Source: Haliotis rubra (lineage: Eukaryota). Taken from it: a DNA stretch of 64,000 nucleotides. The stretch is taken from assembly GCF_003918875.1 (NCBI RefSeq), contig NW_025767525.1, positions 124,001 through 188,000 of the forward strand, read 5' to 3'. The first letter of the stretch is position 1, and each line of letters opens with the position of its first letter. Position numbers and translations under genes: made by a program. The notes under the pieces were generated by a model. That model was not told the origin of the DNA. It did no database searches and was given only the letters and a program-made list of their open reading frames with translations. Below, piece after piece: positions 49,749-60,320 of the stretch.

Positions 49749-51391
49749 TGTGGACGTAACACAGACACCACTATTAACGTAACACAGACAACATTGTGGA
49801 CGTAACACAGACACTACTGTTCACGTAACACAGACACCATTGTGGACGTAACAAAGACAACACTGCGGACGTAACACACACATCATTGTTGACGTAACAG
49901 ACAATATTATGTACGTAACACATACAACATTGTGGACGTAACACAGACACCACTGTTAACGTAACACAGACAACATTGTGGACGTAACACAGACACCACT
50001 GTCCACGTAACACAGACAACATTGTAGACGTAACACAGACAACACTGTTGTAGGCGTAACAAAGACACCACTGCTGGCGTAACACAGACAACACTGTTGC
50101 CGTAACACAGACACCACTGAGGACGTTACACAGACGACACTGTTACCGTAACACAGACCACTGTTGACGTAACACAGACACCACTGTGACGTAACACAGA
50201 CAACACTGTTGACGTAAAACAGACACCACTGTTGACGTAACACAGACAACATTGTAGACGTAACACAGACAACATTGTGGTAGGCGTAATGAAGACACCA
50301 CTGCTGGCGTAACACAGACAACACTGTTGATGTAACACAGACACCAATGTTGACGTAACACAGACACCACTGTTGACGTAACACAGACACCACTGTTGAC
50401 GTAACACAGACACCACTTTTGACGTAACACAGACACCACTGTTGACGTAACACAGACACCACTGTTGACGTAACACAGACACCACTGTTGACGTAACACA
50501 GACACCACTGTTGACGTAACACAGACAACACTGTTGACGTAACACAGACACCACTGTTGACGTAACACAGACACCACTGTTGACGTAACAAAGACACCAC
50601 TGTTGACGTAACACAGACACCACTGTTGACGTAACACAGACACAACTGTTGACGTAAAACAGACACCACTGTTGACGTAACACAGACACCACTGTTGACG
50701 TAACACAGACACCACTGTTGACGTAACACAGACACCACTGTTGACGTAACACAGACACCACTGTTGACGTAACACAGACACCACTGTTGACGTAACACAG
50801 ACACCACTGTTGACGTAACACAGACACCACTGTTGACGTAAAACAGACACCACTGCTGGCGTAACACAGACAACACTGTTGATGTAACACAGACACCAAT
50901 GTTGACGTAACACAGACACCACTGTTGACGTAACAAAGACACCACTGTTGACGTAACACAGACACCACTTTGACGTAACACAGACACCACTGTTGACGTA
51001 AAACAGACACCACTGTTGACGTAACACAGACACCACTGTTGACGTAACACAGACACCACTGTTGACGTAACACAGACAACACTGTTGACGTAACACAGAC
51101 ACCACTGTTGACGTAACACAGACACCACTGTTGACGTAACACAGACACCACTGTTGACGTAACACAGACACCACTGTTGACGTAACACAGACACCACTGT
51201 TGACGTAACACAGACACCACTGTTGACGTAACACAGACACCACTGTTGACGTAACACAGACAACACTGTTGACGTCACACAGACACCACTGTTGACGTAA
51301 CACAGACACCACTGTTGACGTAACACAGACAACACTGTTGACGTAACACAGACACCACTGTTGACGTAACACAGACACCACTGTTGACGTA
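49749..51391. repeat. 23-bp minisatellite (~70 copies) in D intron 3
   Basis: Same unit as 39720-40623, more homogeneous. Confidence 0.95.
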
Positions 51392-52180
51392 ATATAGGGC
51401 GTAACAACACGGTTATACTTTATGTCTGGAATTAGAAATTCTTTGATACAGGCCTTTTAAACTAACATTCTAGATTGCTTTTGATTAACAAAAGTATTGA
51501 ATTGGAGTATAATATCATAATGATTTATCACTATATCATCATAAAATTCAACACACACCACATCCCGGACACAATTTCCATAGCAAAATCAGAGAAAGCA
51601 CCTGAGAAACCAATACTGTGGTGATGTACGTAGACACCGGGTGTCAAACTAACCGTGTATTGGGCACTAATGTGTTGTGCTTAAGAGATCAATTACTGAT
51701 GCAAGAAGTGTTCATTTTATTGGTAATGTGACCAGTTCTTATGTGTATGTGATGTATTTTTATGATATCTGTACTCAACAAAGAATCATCTATGAAAAAT
51801 GAAATCAGCAGCAGCAGCAGCATCATCAATGATAGTAACAATTTCACAACTTGTGTTTCAGGTCTCTGTTTCTGTGTGAACTCCACCACTGGGGACATAC
51901 AAACCGGCAAGATCCATGGCCATGTTGACTGTCCTCCAGACTAGCCGCGCAACCTTCGTGTACTTCACAGAAATAAACACATCTTTATTCCACACATATT
52001 CATACAAACTATATCGTTTTGAAAAAGTCAATTTACATTAAGCTGTATAAGCAGTAATGTCGTGAACTTCAATATCTCTTCATGTGTTCCGATTTTGGTT
52101 CGAACTGAGGATGTGTTAGTAACAATCGTTTCCTCGATTCCATGCATCCAGCTGAATTCCGTTGTTCCGGATCCTGCTTC

Positions 52181-52333
52181 GTAGAGAAACCCAGCAATAC
52201 GGGAGCTCACTTTACAATGGGACGTTACTCTGGAGAGAAACCCAGCAATGCGGGAGCTCACTTTACAAAGGGACGTTACTCTGGAGAGAAACCCAGGAAT
52301 ACGGGAGTTCACTTGACAAAGGGACGTTACTCT
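52181..52333. repeat. 51-bp minisatellite, 3 copies, downstream of D
   Basis: Same unit and flanks as 41421-43715. Confidence 0.9.
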
Positions 52334-52560
52334 ATGTTCTCTTCTGCTTCATCCGGGTTGTTCAATGACAAGTACTCTACATGAACATATGGCTGCTTCG
52401 TGAACGAAGCCAATGTGATATAATGCTGTCTTTTTGTAGAAAAATACATAATAACAATAGCGTTAGTTTGGATTGACCTGCTGTTTCATGTTCCCAAACA
52501 ACGTGGAAATGAGCTATGCATGAAATCTTCTTTGAAAAAGACAGTCCTCCAAGCAAAACT

Positions 52561-52727
52561 ACTGACTGAGTTTGGTTTTACGCCGCTTTTAGCAATATTC
52601 CAGCAACATCACGGCGGGGGACACCAGAAATGGGCTCCACATATTGTACCCCTGTGGGGATTCGAACCTTTGGATCTTCGGCGTGACGAGCCAACGTTTT
52701 AACCACTCGGCTACCCCACCGCCCCCC
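52561..52727 (-). mobile_element. SINE family 1, present in duplicate copy 2 only
   Basis: TSD ~caaaact; empty site ccaagcaaaactaagaaaatc at ~43931 in copy 1. Confidence 0.85.
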
Positions 52728-53844
52728 AAACAAAACTAAGAAAATCTCAATCTGGATCGCGTCATATGGACAGTGGTGTGTCATTTAGTGTGATATGCAG
52801 TCTCATTTCGCGCCATGTGGAATTTATAATGGGGCAATGAACAAGTTGCCAAAAGTGTAATAATCTCATTTTAGAATTTTTGAGAAATATATTGGCGTTC
52901 TACCGCCCACGTGCGATCACATATATCCTTGTCATATTGTGCTGTTATAGTATTATTGTTAAACTGTTGCATCCTGTGACTGCGTTAGGCCCATACTCAG
53001 AAATATTGATAAATGCGCCCTAAAACAACAGTCGCTCTGCCACGCCTGCTTCATTGCTTACCGTCGCGTTTCTTTCTTTCGACAGTATATTTTGGTTGAC
53101 TAGGTCATGTTTTTATACTTCGACCAATACGTTTATCTACGACCGTGTGGTCACTGCATGGGCATGTGCGTAGAAGCTAGTCACATAGCTGTGTACCCTT
53201 AGCACACAAGCACATTGTTGCTCACTCAGGGTCAGTTTTAGAAGTGGACACATGCATTTGTTGCGTGATACAGCGAATATGCAATGTACTGACAGAGACG
53301 TGTATAATGACCAGCTGTCAGAGTTCTAGCATGTTTGGCTTATCTAATCAGTTTACGCGTAGAATACTGTAGGCCACTAAAACGAAACCTTCTAGCTGCA
53401 AATATTCTGACGTTTTAGCGACTTTGTTAGAAATCTAGTTTACAGAATTAAATATTTATTCACTGTTTTCAGTATGTAACATAATGTGTTTGGTCTGTAA
53501 CATGAATGACTCAATTTGTTCAAGTTGTCTCCAGCGTCTCATGAAGAGGGACAGTTTTCTAAACGAACTCTGGCCCGTCGTTTGTTCTATACTACAAGTC
53601 TGAGAAGACACGGTTTTGCCATGCAATGTAGTCAAAATATCGTTATGTACTGGAAACGGTGATATCTACAGCAATTCGTTGTGTAAAGTTTCGGCCATTA
53701 GTAGGTGAAATCATACTGTCGCAAAGGCTCTACTGGTATTAATTCGAAAGACATCGCTTCGTATACTCACAATTTGATATTGCGTGCAATTCACATTGTT
53801 GTATATCATTACTTATCACATCCAAGAAGATCAGGATTACAGTG

Positions 53845-54220
53845 GATGAATGAATTGTGTTTTACGCCGCTTTTAGCAATATTCCAGCAATATCAGGGCT
53901 GGGGACAACAGAGATGGGCTTCACACATTGTACCCATGTGGGGAATAGAACCCGGGTTTTTGGCATGGTGAGCGAACGCTTTAACTCCTAGGCTACCCCA
54001 CCGCCCCTCATGATTACAACTGGCCTTGAGCAACCAATACTTGGTGTAAGTGGCGACGAACGGGATCAGTTGGTGACTTGGTTGATGCATGTCATCGTAT
54101 CCTGATTGGGTACATCGTTGCTCATGATGTCAGTCACTGGATTGTCTGGTCACATCGTTTACAGACAGCCGTCATGTACCTGGAAATTAGGAATGCTGCG
54201 TGTTTCGTTAAACAACAAAG
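53845..54220. mobile_element. SINE family 1 (-) plus family 3 (+)
   Basis: Duplicate of 45060-45430. Confidence 0.75.
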
Positions 54221-54827
54221 AGTGAGTGAGGTTTTAAGTCGCTTTCAGCAATATTCCAGCAATATTCCAGCAATATCATGGCAATAACAGTTTTCACATA
54301 TGCTTACATTTTTAATGACAAGGCTGAGAGTCCTTTGACCAGTGCCAGTAACTTCATTCGAACTTGGGGATAAGTTTCAAAAGGTTCCGTGGTTTGATCG
54401 GCGTCTTTCACGAGTTCACATGGCTTGGGATCAGCTTTTGTACAGATCGTCGTCATTACGCTTCTTCCCCGTTAAGGTCCGAGTTACAACTGTTTTTCAA
54501 CCCATGGTTGTTATAAGAGACGACTAACGGGATCCCGTTTTAAGACTTACCTACTTGGTTGGTGCATGTCATCGCGTCTTAGATCGCTGGTCATTGTGTC
54601 AATCACTGGATTATCTGGCCCAAAGCCTATGTACAGGCCGCAGCCATATAGCTGGACAAATTCTATTCCTGGCGTAAAAGAGCAATCAAAGAAACAAATA
54701 CTCCATGTTGTTGTAAAAATTCTGCGACGTCAAAGCAAATGTTAAAACGTCGAGGAGTTAACAAAGAGATTATCAATCTGATAAGCCGAAAGCCTATTTT
54801 CTGCACAGCTCTGCCTGTATCTTGCTT

Positions 54828-54834
54828 TATAAAA
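54828..54834 (+). promoter_or_regulatory. TATA box of paralogue E
   Basis: TATAAAA 41 nt before the ATG; same context as in D. Confidence 0.65.
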
Positions 54835-54868
54835 GACAGGTCGGGCACATGGTCCAGTATTTGACACG

Positions 54869-57618
54869 ATGATCCGTCTAGCAGCGTTCCTGGCAGCCGT
54901 CGTGACGGCGGGGGCTATTGTTTGTACCCCTGACATGTGTGATGGGGTAGAGAAGACGCCCCTCACTTGCCCGGGGTCCGTCATCGAGGGAGGGGGCTTC
55001 TGTGGCTGTACAGACACCTGTGCCAAGGTGAGTGTGACTGAGTGAGTTTTGTTTTACGCCACTTTTAGCAATATTTCATCAATATCACGACGGGGGACAC
55101 CAGAAATGGGCTTCACACATTGTACCCATGTCTTCGGCGTGACAAACGAACACTTCATCCCACCGCCCCCTGTGCCAAGGTATGTTGAGTGAGTGAGTGA
55201 GGTGTGTTTAAGGCTGCTTTATTAGAAACTCAAATGATACCGAATAATATTGTATATTGTGTGGTAAAAATAACCAGATTAAACTTATTTTTTCAGTGAC
55301 GACAACGAGTTTGGGTGTTGGTTTTGTTGGTGGTGGTGGTGGTGTTGCCGTGAATAATCTTGTCTGCACCAGACAATCCAGTGATCAACGACATGAGCTT
55401 CGATCTACGCTAGTGGGATACAATGACGTGTCAACCAAGTCAGCGAGCGGATACGATGACACGTGTCAACCAAGCGGGGCGGTTAGGGTAGCCTAATGGT
55501 TAAAGCGTTCGCTCGTCACGCTGAAGACCCGGGTTCGATTCCCCACATGGGTACAATGTGTGAAGCCCATTTGTGGTGTCCCCCGCCGTGATATTGCTGG
55601 AACATTTTGCTAAAACCGGCGTAAAACTAAACTCATTCACTCAACCAAGCCAACGAGCCTGCCCACCCGATCCCTGTAGTCGCCTCTTACGAGAAGCATG
55701 GGTTACTGAAGATCAATTCTAACCCAGATCTTCACGGGTCACAACAGAACTTGTGCTGCTTTAATGATGAATGAATTGTCAATAACAACAACTATTCTGA
55801 TGCCACTCATGATATACATGTTTCCTGATCTAGGTAGAAGGAGACTTATGCCAGAAGTCCTCCCTGTTGACGGGGCCGCTCCCCCACGACCAGTGTGACA
55901 CGGGTCTCGTGTGCGACTCCGTCGGCAGTGCCTTCCTGGATTTTTTCGGTAAAGGCAAATGCGTGAAAGACACACAAAGCAAGCGTTTTCTCTTAGACGG
56001 TAAGCAAATGTCAATATACTCTTTATTGTTATCTGATGAATTAAGACAGTTAAGAGAGTACATAGCATTGTGGCCATAGTCATCGTATCAGAGGAGGCAT
56101 GACATTACATGCTTGAGTGAGTGAGTGACAATGGTTTGAGTACATAGCATTGTGGCCTTAGTCATCGTATCACAGGAGGCATGACATTACATGTTTGAGT
56201 GAGTGAGTGACAATGGTTTGAGTACATAGCATTGTGGCCATAGTCATCGTATCACAGGAGGCATGACATTACATGTTTGAGTGAGTGAGTGACAATGGTT
56301 TGAGTACATAGCATTGTGGCCTTAGTCATCGTATCACAGGAGGCATGACATTACATGTTTGAGTGAATGAGTGACAATGGTTTGAGTACATAGCATTGTG
56401 GCCTTAGTCATCGTATCACAGGAGGCATGACATTACATGTGACATTGAGTGAGTGAGTGACAATGGTTTGAGTACATAGCATTGTGGCCATAGTCATCGT
56501 ATCACAGGAGGCATGACATTACGTGCTTGAGTGACATTACGTGTTTGTGAGTGACAGTGGTTTGAGTACACCTCTTTAACACTGCGTTTGCAATGTCCAG
56601 TTTGATCGACAAACATCAAGTTTGCTGGTCTGTTACACAAACTGTTAATAAAATGCTAACATTCCCAGATATTACCGCGTGTGAGAAGATGAAGATCGCG
56701 AAGGCGTCCCAGCCGACATACTCGGACAACTGGACGCCAAAGTGTGACGCCGACGGGGCCTTCGAGCCAATGCAGTGCGACCTAGCAGGTAAGGTTGAAC
56801 GACGCCATCATTCGTTACCACTCGCCCCTTTCCGTAACTGCCAAGAAGAAGCTATTCGGCTTGTTCCGGAATAACACGAGTTGGCCACGAATGAAACGCC
56901 ATGTGACATCATTCCTGCAAATAGGTTTTTCTGTTATTCCACGACTGATCAACTTAATTGGGTAGAAAATATAAAAGGTGAAGTTGGCAAAGATGTTTTC
57001 CACTTTCTTGAAATAACGAGTCATAAAAGCCTAGTCGTCTAATAACCTACACGGAGCTTAAGCCTTTGAAGTTCATGCTAGCCCGCTAGCCCAAGACTTC
57101 TAAGTTCCGCTGACCACAAATCCTCACTGACTAGAAACATTTGAGGGCTAGAGCCAGCATTCAATGTTTTCATTTTGTTACAAACGGGAGCTGAATGGAA
57201 TTGACAGAAAATGTAAACTTTCAAGGAAGCACAGACTCTGAGAACTTAATAACTATTTAGACATGTCTTGAAAACGCCAAATTAATTTATCATTTTATGT
57301 GAGTGAGTGAGTGAGTAAGGCTTTAAGCCGCTTTTAGCAATATTCCAGCAATATCACGGCGGAGGACACCAGAAATGGGCTTCACGCATTGTACCCATGT
57401 GGGGAATCGAACCCAGGTCTTAAGCGTGATGAGCGAACGCTTTAACCATTAGAGCTTTAACCATTACCACACACTGACAAAACTCACAGGGTATACATTG
57501 GCTATTGCGACAGTAATTTGGCTTGCTTGATGTTCCAGGTCGTTGCTTCTGCGTCGATTCTGCGGGTCAGATTCAAGGTAGCAGAGTTCAAGGAAAGGTT
57601 ACCTGTCCAAGCACTTGA
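54869..57618 (+). CDS. Secreted IGFBP-N-like + thyroglobulin type-1 domain protein, paralogue E (174 aa)
   Basis: Exons 54869-55027, 55834-55999, 56669-56788, 57539-57618. MIRLAAFLAAVVTAGAIVCTPDMCDGVEKTPLTCPGSVIEGGGFCGCTDTCAKVEGDLCQKSSLLTGPLPHDQCDTGLVCDSVGSAFLDFFGKGKCVKDTQSKRFLLDDITACEKMKIAKASQPTYSDNWTPKCDADGAFEPMQCDLAGRCFCVDSAGQIQGSRVQGKVTCPST*. AATAAA at 57644-57649. Confidence 0.9.
55030..55168 (-). mobile_element. SINE family 1 inserted in the E exon 1 splice donor
   Basis: 13-bp TSD cctgtgccaaggt at 55017-55029 and 55169-55181. Confidence 0.85.
55476..55642 (+). mobile_element. SINE family 1 nested in a reverse family 3 SINE (55340-55740)
   Basis: TSD tcaaccaagc; absent from the D paralogue. 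Confidence 0.85.
56056..56570. repeat. 82-bp minisatellite (~6 copies) in E intron 2
   Basis: Unit gagtacatagcattgtggccatagtcatcgtatcacaggaggcatgacattacatgtttgagtgagtgagtgacaatggttt. Confidence 0.95.
57299..57460 (-). mobile_element. SINE family 1 in E intron 3
   Basis: Reverse family 1 body. Confidence 0.8.
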
Positions 57619-57904
57619 ACCCGTCAGTTGTATCCACGCCAAAAATAAATCACACCTTGTGTTTGTGATTACCTGTAACAGTACTTGCTTTTCTGGGAGA
57701 TCAAAATGTTTAGATACAATTATCTGGGTATGAATGGATACAAAACGTATTCAAAAGTATTCAGTAATTGTGTAATTTTGGACATTTTCGTAATTATATA
57801 GGGAGTATGTGTTATTTCTAGTTGTTTCTATGAGAGGCATTTAGACGTTGGAGTACTAAGTAAGGATAAGATATATGGCTTAACAACCTCTTCATCATAA
57901 TGGG

Positions 57905-58258
57905 GACCGCCTCCGTGGTGTAGTGGTTAGAGCGTCCACCCGGAGAGCGGAAGGTCGCTGGTTCGATCCCCGACCGCGTCATACCAAAAGACGTTAAAAT
58001 ATGGTACTTGTTGGTCCCTGCCTGGCGCTCGGCATGATGGGTACAACAAAGACTGGTCGGCTCGGAGTCAGTATAATGTGTCTGAGTAGGGTATTCATGC
58101 TTCACTGTGGCATGGTATCTCAGTGGGCTAGCACTATAAGACCAGCTTCAGTCTGGGCTAGTACAAGCAGCCGCACATACACATACACAGGCATGCACGT
58201 CGTCATATGAGCGAAATATTCTCGTACGACGTTAAACCCAATTTCACCTCACCTCGCC
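57905..58258 (+). mobile_element. SINE family 2
   Basis: Full length, TSD tcatcataatgggga. Confidence 0.88.
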
Positions 58259-58448
58259 TCATCATAATGGGGAGCGACATTTCGGTGTAGATTCTAACAC
58301 AGTTATCAAACAGGTGATGTATAGGGTATTGTAGGGAGGAATATGGACAAATAAGTATAATGCTGAACATCATGAAACAAAAGCAGGAATTCTTCAACAA
58401 ATTGTCAACAATCCGCATTCTTTGAGATCAACCTTCGTAACTATTAAA

Positions 58449-58610
58449 GAGTGAGTGAGTATGGTTTTACGCCGCTTTTAGCAATATTCCAGCAACATCA
58501 CGCGGGGACACCAGAAATGGGCTTCACACATTGTACCCATGTGGGGAATCGAACCCGGGTCTTCGGCGTGACCAGCCAACGCTTTAACCATTAGACTACC
58601 CCACCGCCCC
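58449..58610 (-). mobile_element. SINE family 1
   Basis: TSD actattaaaga. Confidence 0.85.
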
Positions 58611-59313
58611 TACTATTAAAGACACTGGCCAACATAAACAGAGAATCTCACCAAAGTGTTTTCTATCAAATACATGTATATCAACACGGGTTGATTTCCG
58701 AGGCTTGCCGAGGATATATTTACTTTAATCAACGAGTGCTGATATAATTGATATCAGAAGACACGAGGGTGAGATATTATTTATCATCCTAAATCATTCG
58801 TCATCAGTTATCAGTAAAAGAAAAAAATTATTAGAACACAAACTGCCATTAGGCTTCTTGAGCAGTGATCTCAGTGAGGTCATAACATTGTGACGTCATC
58901 AGCTTTATGACATAGCATTGAGATGTCATCAATTTTGTGACGTCATAGTATTGTCAGCTGTGTTCTTAGTGATGTCGAAGTATTGTGAGGTCATTAACTG
59001 ATGGTGACATAGCATTATGACAATCCAGTTGTTGCGATATCTACAATGTAGATATCGCTTGTAGATATCGTTTGATCTCACTAGCGATATCTACTGTGGG
59101 AGTTAGTTTTGGATGATAAATGTAGTTATCATCTAATGGAGGGTGTTATCGGTGCAATAAAGCAATCTGATAAACTTGGTATCCAAATCTGATAACTATG
59201 CAAATTACGTCAATCCACGAACTACTTTCACAAAACTCCATACACGCCATGCGAATCCTAAAACGTATTTCGTTGATGACGTCGTCGCGAGTTTACGTTA
59301 TTTGTAAACAAAC

Positions 59314-59993
59314 ATGGCTCCCCCCATTCTCAAAATTTGTGATTCTGTAGGAATTGATGACAGGGGTTCTGGAGTCGTGACTGCAGTAATTAACTTTGGA
59401 AAACATGAAACGGAGTACTTTGTTCAAATTGAAGGTACGGATTATGAGGCACGGCTGAAAGGCCATTGTCTAAGAAAGGTACCAATCAAGGATTTCGATC
59501 TATCGATCACAATACAGACGACGAATCGATTCCGTCAGGAATCAGAAACTGATATTGATGAGGTGATTACCCGCAATGAAAACAGAAACACTGCCAGGAA
59601 AACTCTGCCCGATTTTGTTGTTCCTTTTAGACAGAAAGATCATATTTTAAGCATGAGTTATGTTTGCACTGTTTTAGCGACTAGTCACAACCATATGCTG
59701 CCGTCATGAACGACCTTCACTCTGTTGTGTAGCTAAGTATTTTTACGCGATGATCGATTCTCTTCATATATAAATTCACGTACGATTTGCTTCTTTTTTA
59801 GAGTAATTTTAAGAATGACATTATATGATAAAGAGATTTTTAACCTCGTGTGTTTCCGTATCATTAATATCATATATTAAGGAATAAAAATTATGTATTG
59901 TGCTCACCAAAGGCTCGCATAATACAATTTTTATTCCTACAATATGATATTAATGATACGGAAGCACACTCGGTTAATAATCTCTATTTATCA
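59314..59993 (+). mobile_element. Possible Crypton-like relic: short ORF plus a terminal ~165-bp palindrome (59826-59993)
   Basis: ORF 59314-59709 contains RFRQESETDIDEVITRNENRNTARKT, which resembles the N-terminal motif of Crypton/DUF3504 proteins (recalled, not searched). The long imperfect hairpin is directly visible. Confidence 0.4.
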
Positions 59994-60049
59994 AGAGAGA
60001 TATACCACTAACGCCACTGGCAAACCACCATCCAGCCAACAATGAGAAC

Positions 60050-60320
60050 TAGTAGGAATCCAGACTCCCCAAAATCGGAATTAAAGATCATCACAGCTCA
60101 GTAGCAATACTAGATTCTAAGTCAGCTCTATCTCACCATATCCGTGGCAACCTGGACCGCAGCATCCAGTGGGACAAAATCAAAGCCCTCATTAACACCC
60201 TCAAAGGTTTCAAAATCAGAAAACTCCAAGACGTAATCTCCATTTAGAAACTCTTACCATCCATCAACCGTGACCAAGGCTATAATATAGCCCCAGCTTA
60301 CCATCAACTCATCAAACATA
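60050..60320 (+). mobile_element. Penelope-like GIY-YIG fragment
   Basis: DSKSALSHHIRGNLDRSIQWDKIKAL...KIRKLQDVISIRKLLPSINRDQGYNIAPAYHQLI, related to 10380-10630. Confidence 0.65.

Larger units (their letters stand above)
46530..51944 (+). pseudogene. Paralogue D: chimeric (E-type 5' half, C-type 3' half) IGFBP-N/thyroglobulin-1 gene with a +1 frameshift in exon 2 (pseudogene, null allele or consensus error)
   Basis: Exons 46530-46688, 47260-47426, 49152-49277, 51862-51944. Exon 2 is 167 nt versus 166 nt in E. The extra G at 47311 (CTCCCCGCACGAC vs CTCCCCCACGAC) gives TGA at 47323-47325. All splice sites and the other exons are intact. Confidence 0.75.
49128..56140 (+). repeat. Segmental duplication, copy 2 (D exons 3-4, intergenic DNA, E exons 1-2)
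   Basis: Begins at the shared taaactatcacctgac acceptor region. For example, 43716-45430 aligns with 52334-54225. Confidence 0.9.

Noticed and set aside
49956-51410. Cys/Val-rich ORFs of 364-484 aa (also 40033-40641)
   Set aside because: A 23-bp intronic VNTR read on the strand that lacks stops; open in all three frames.
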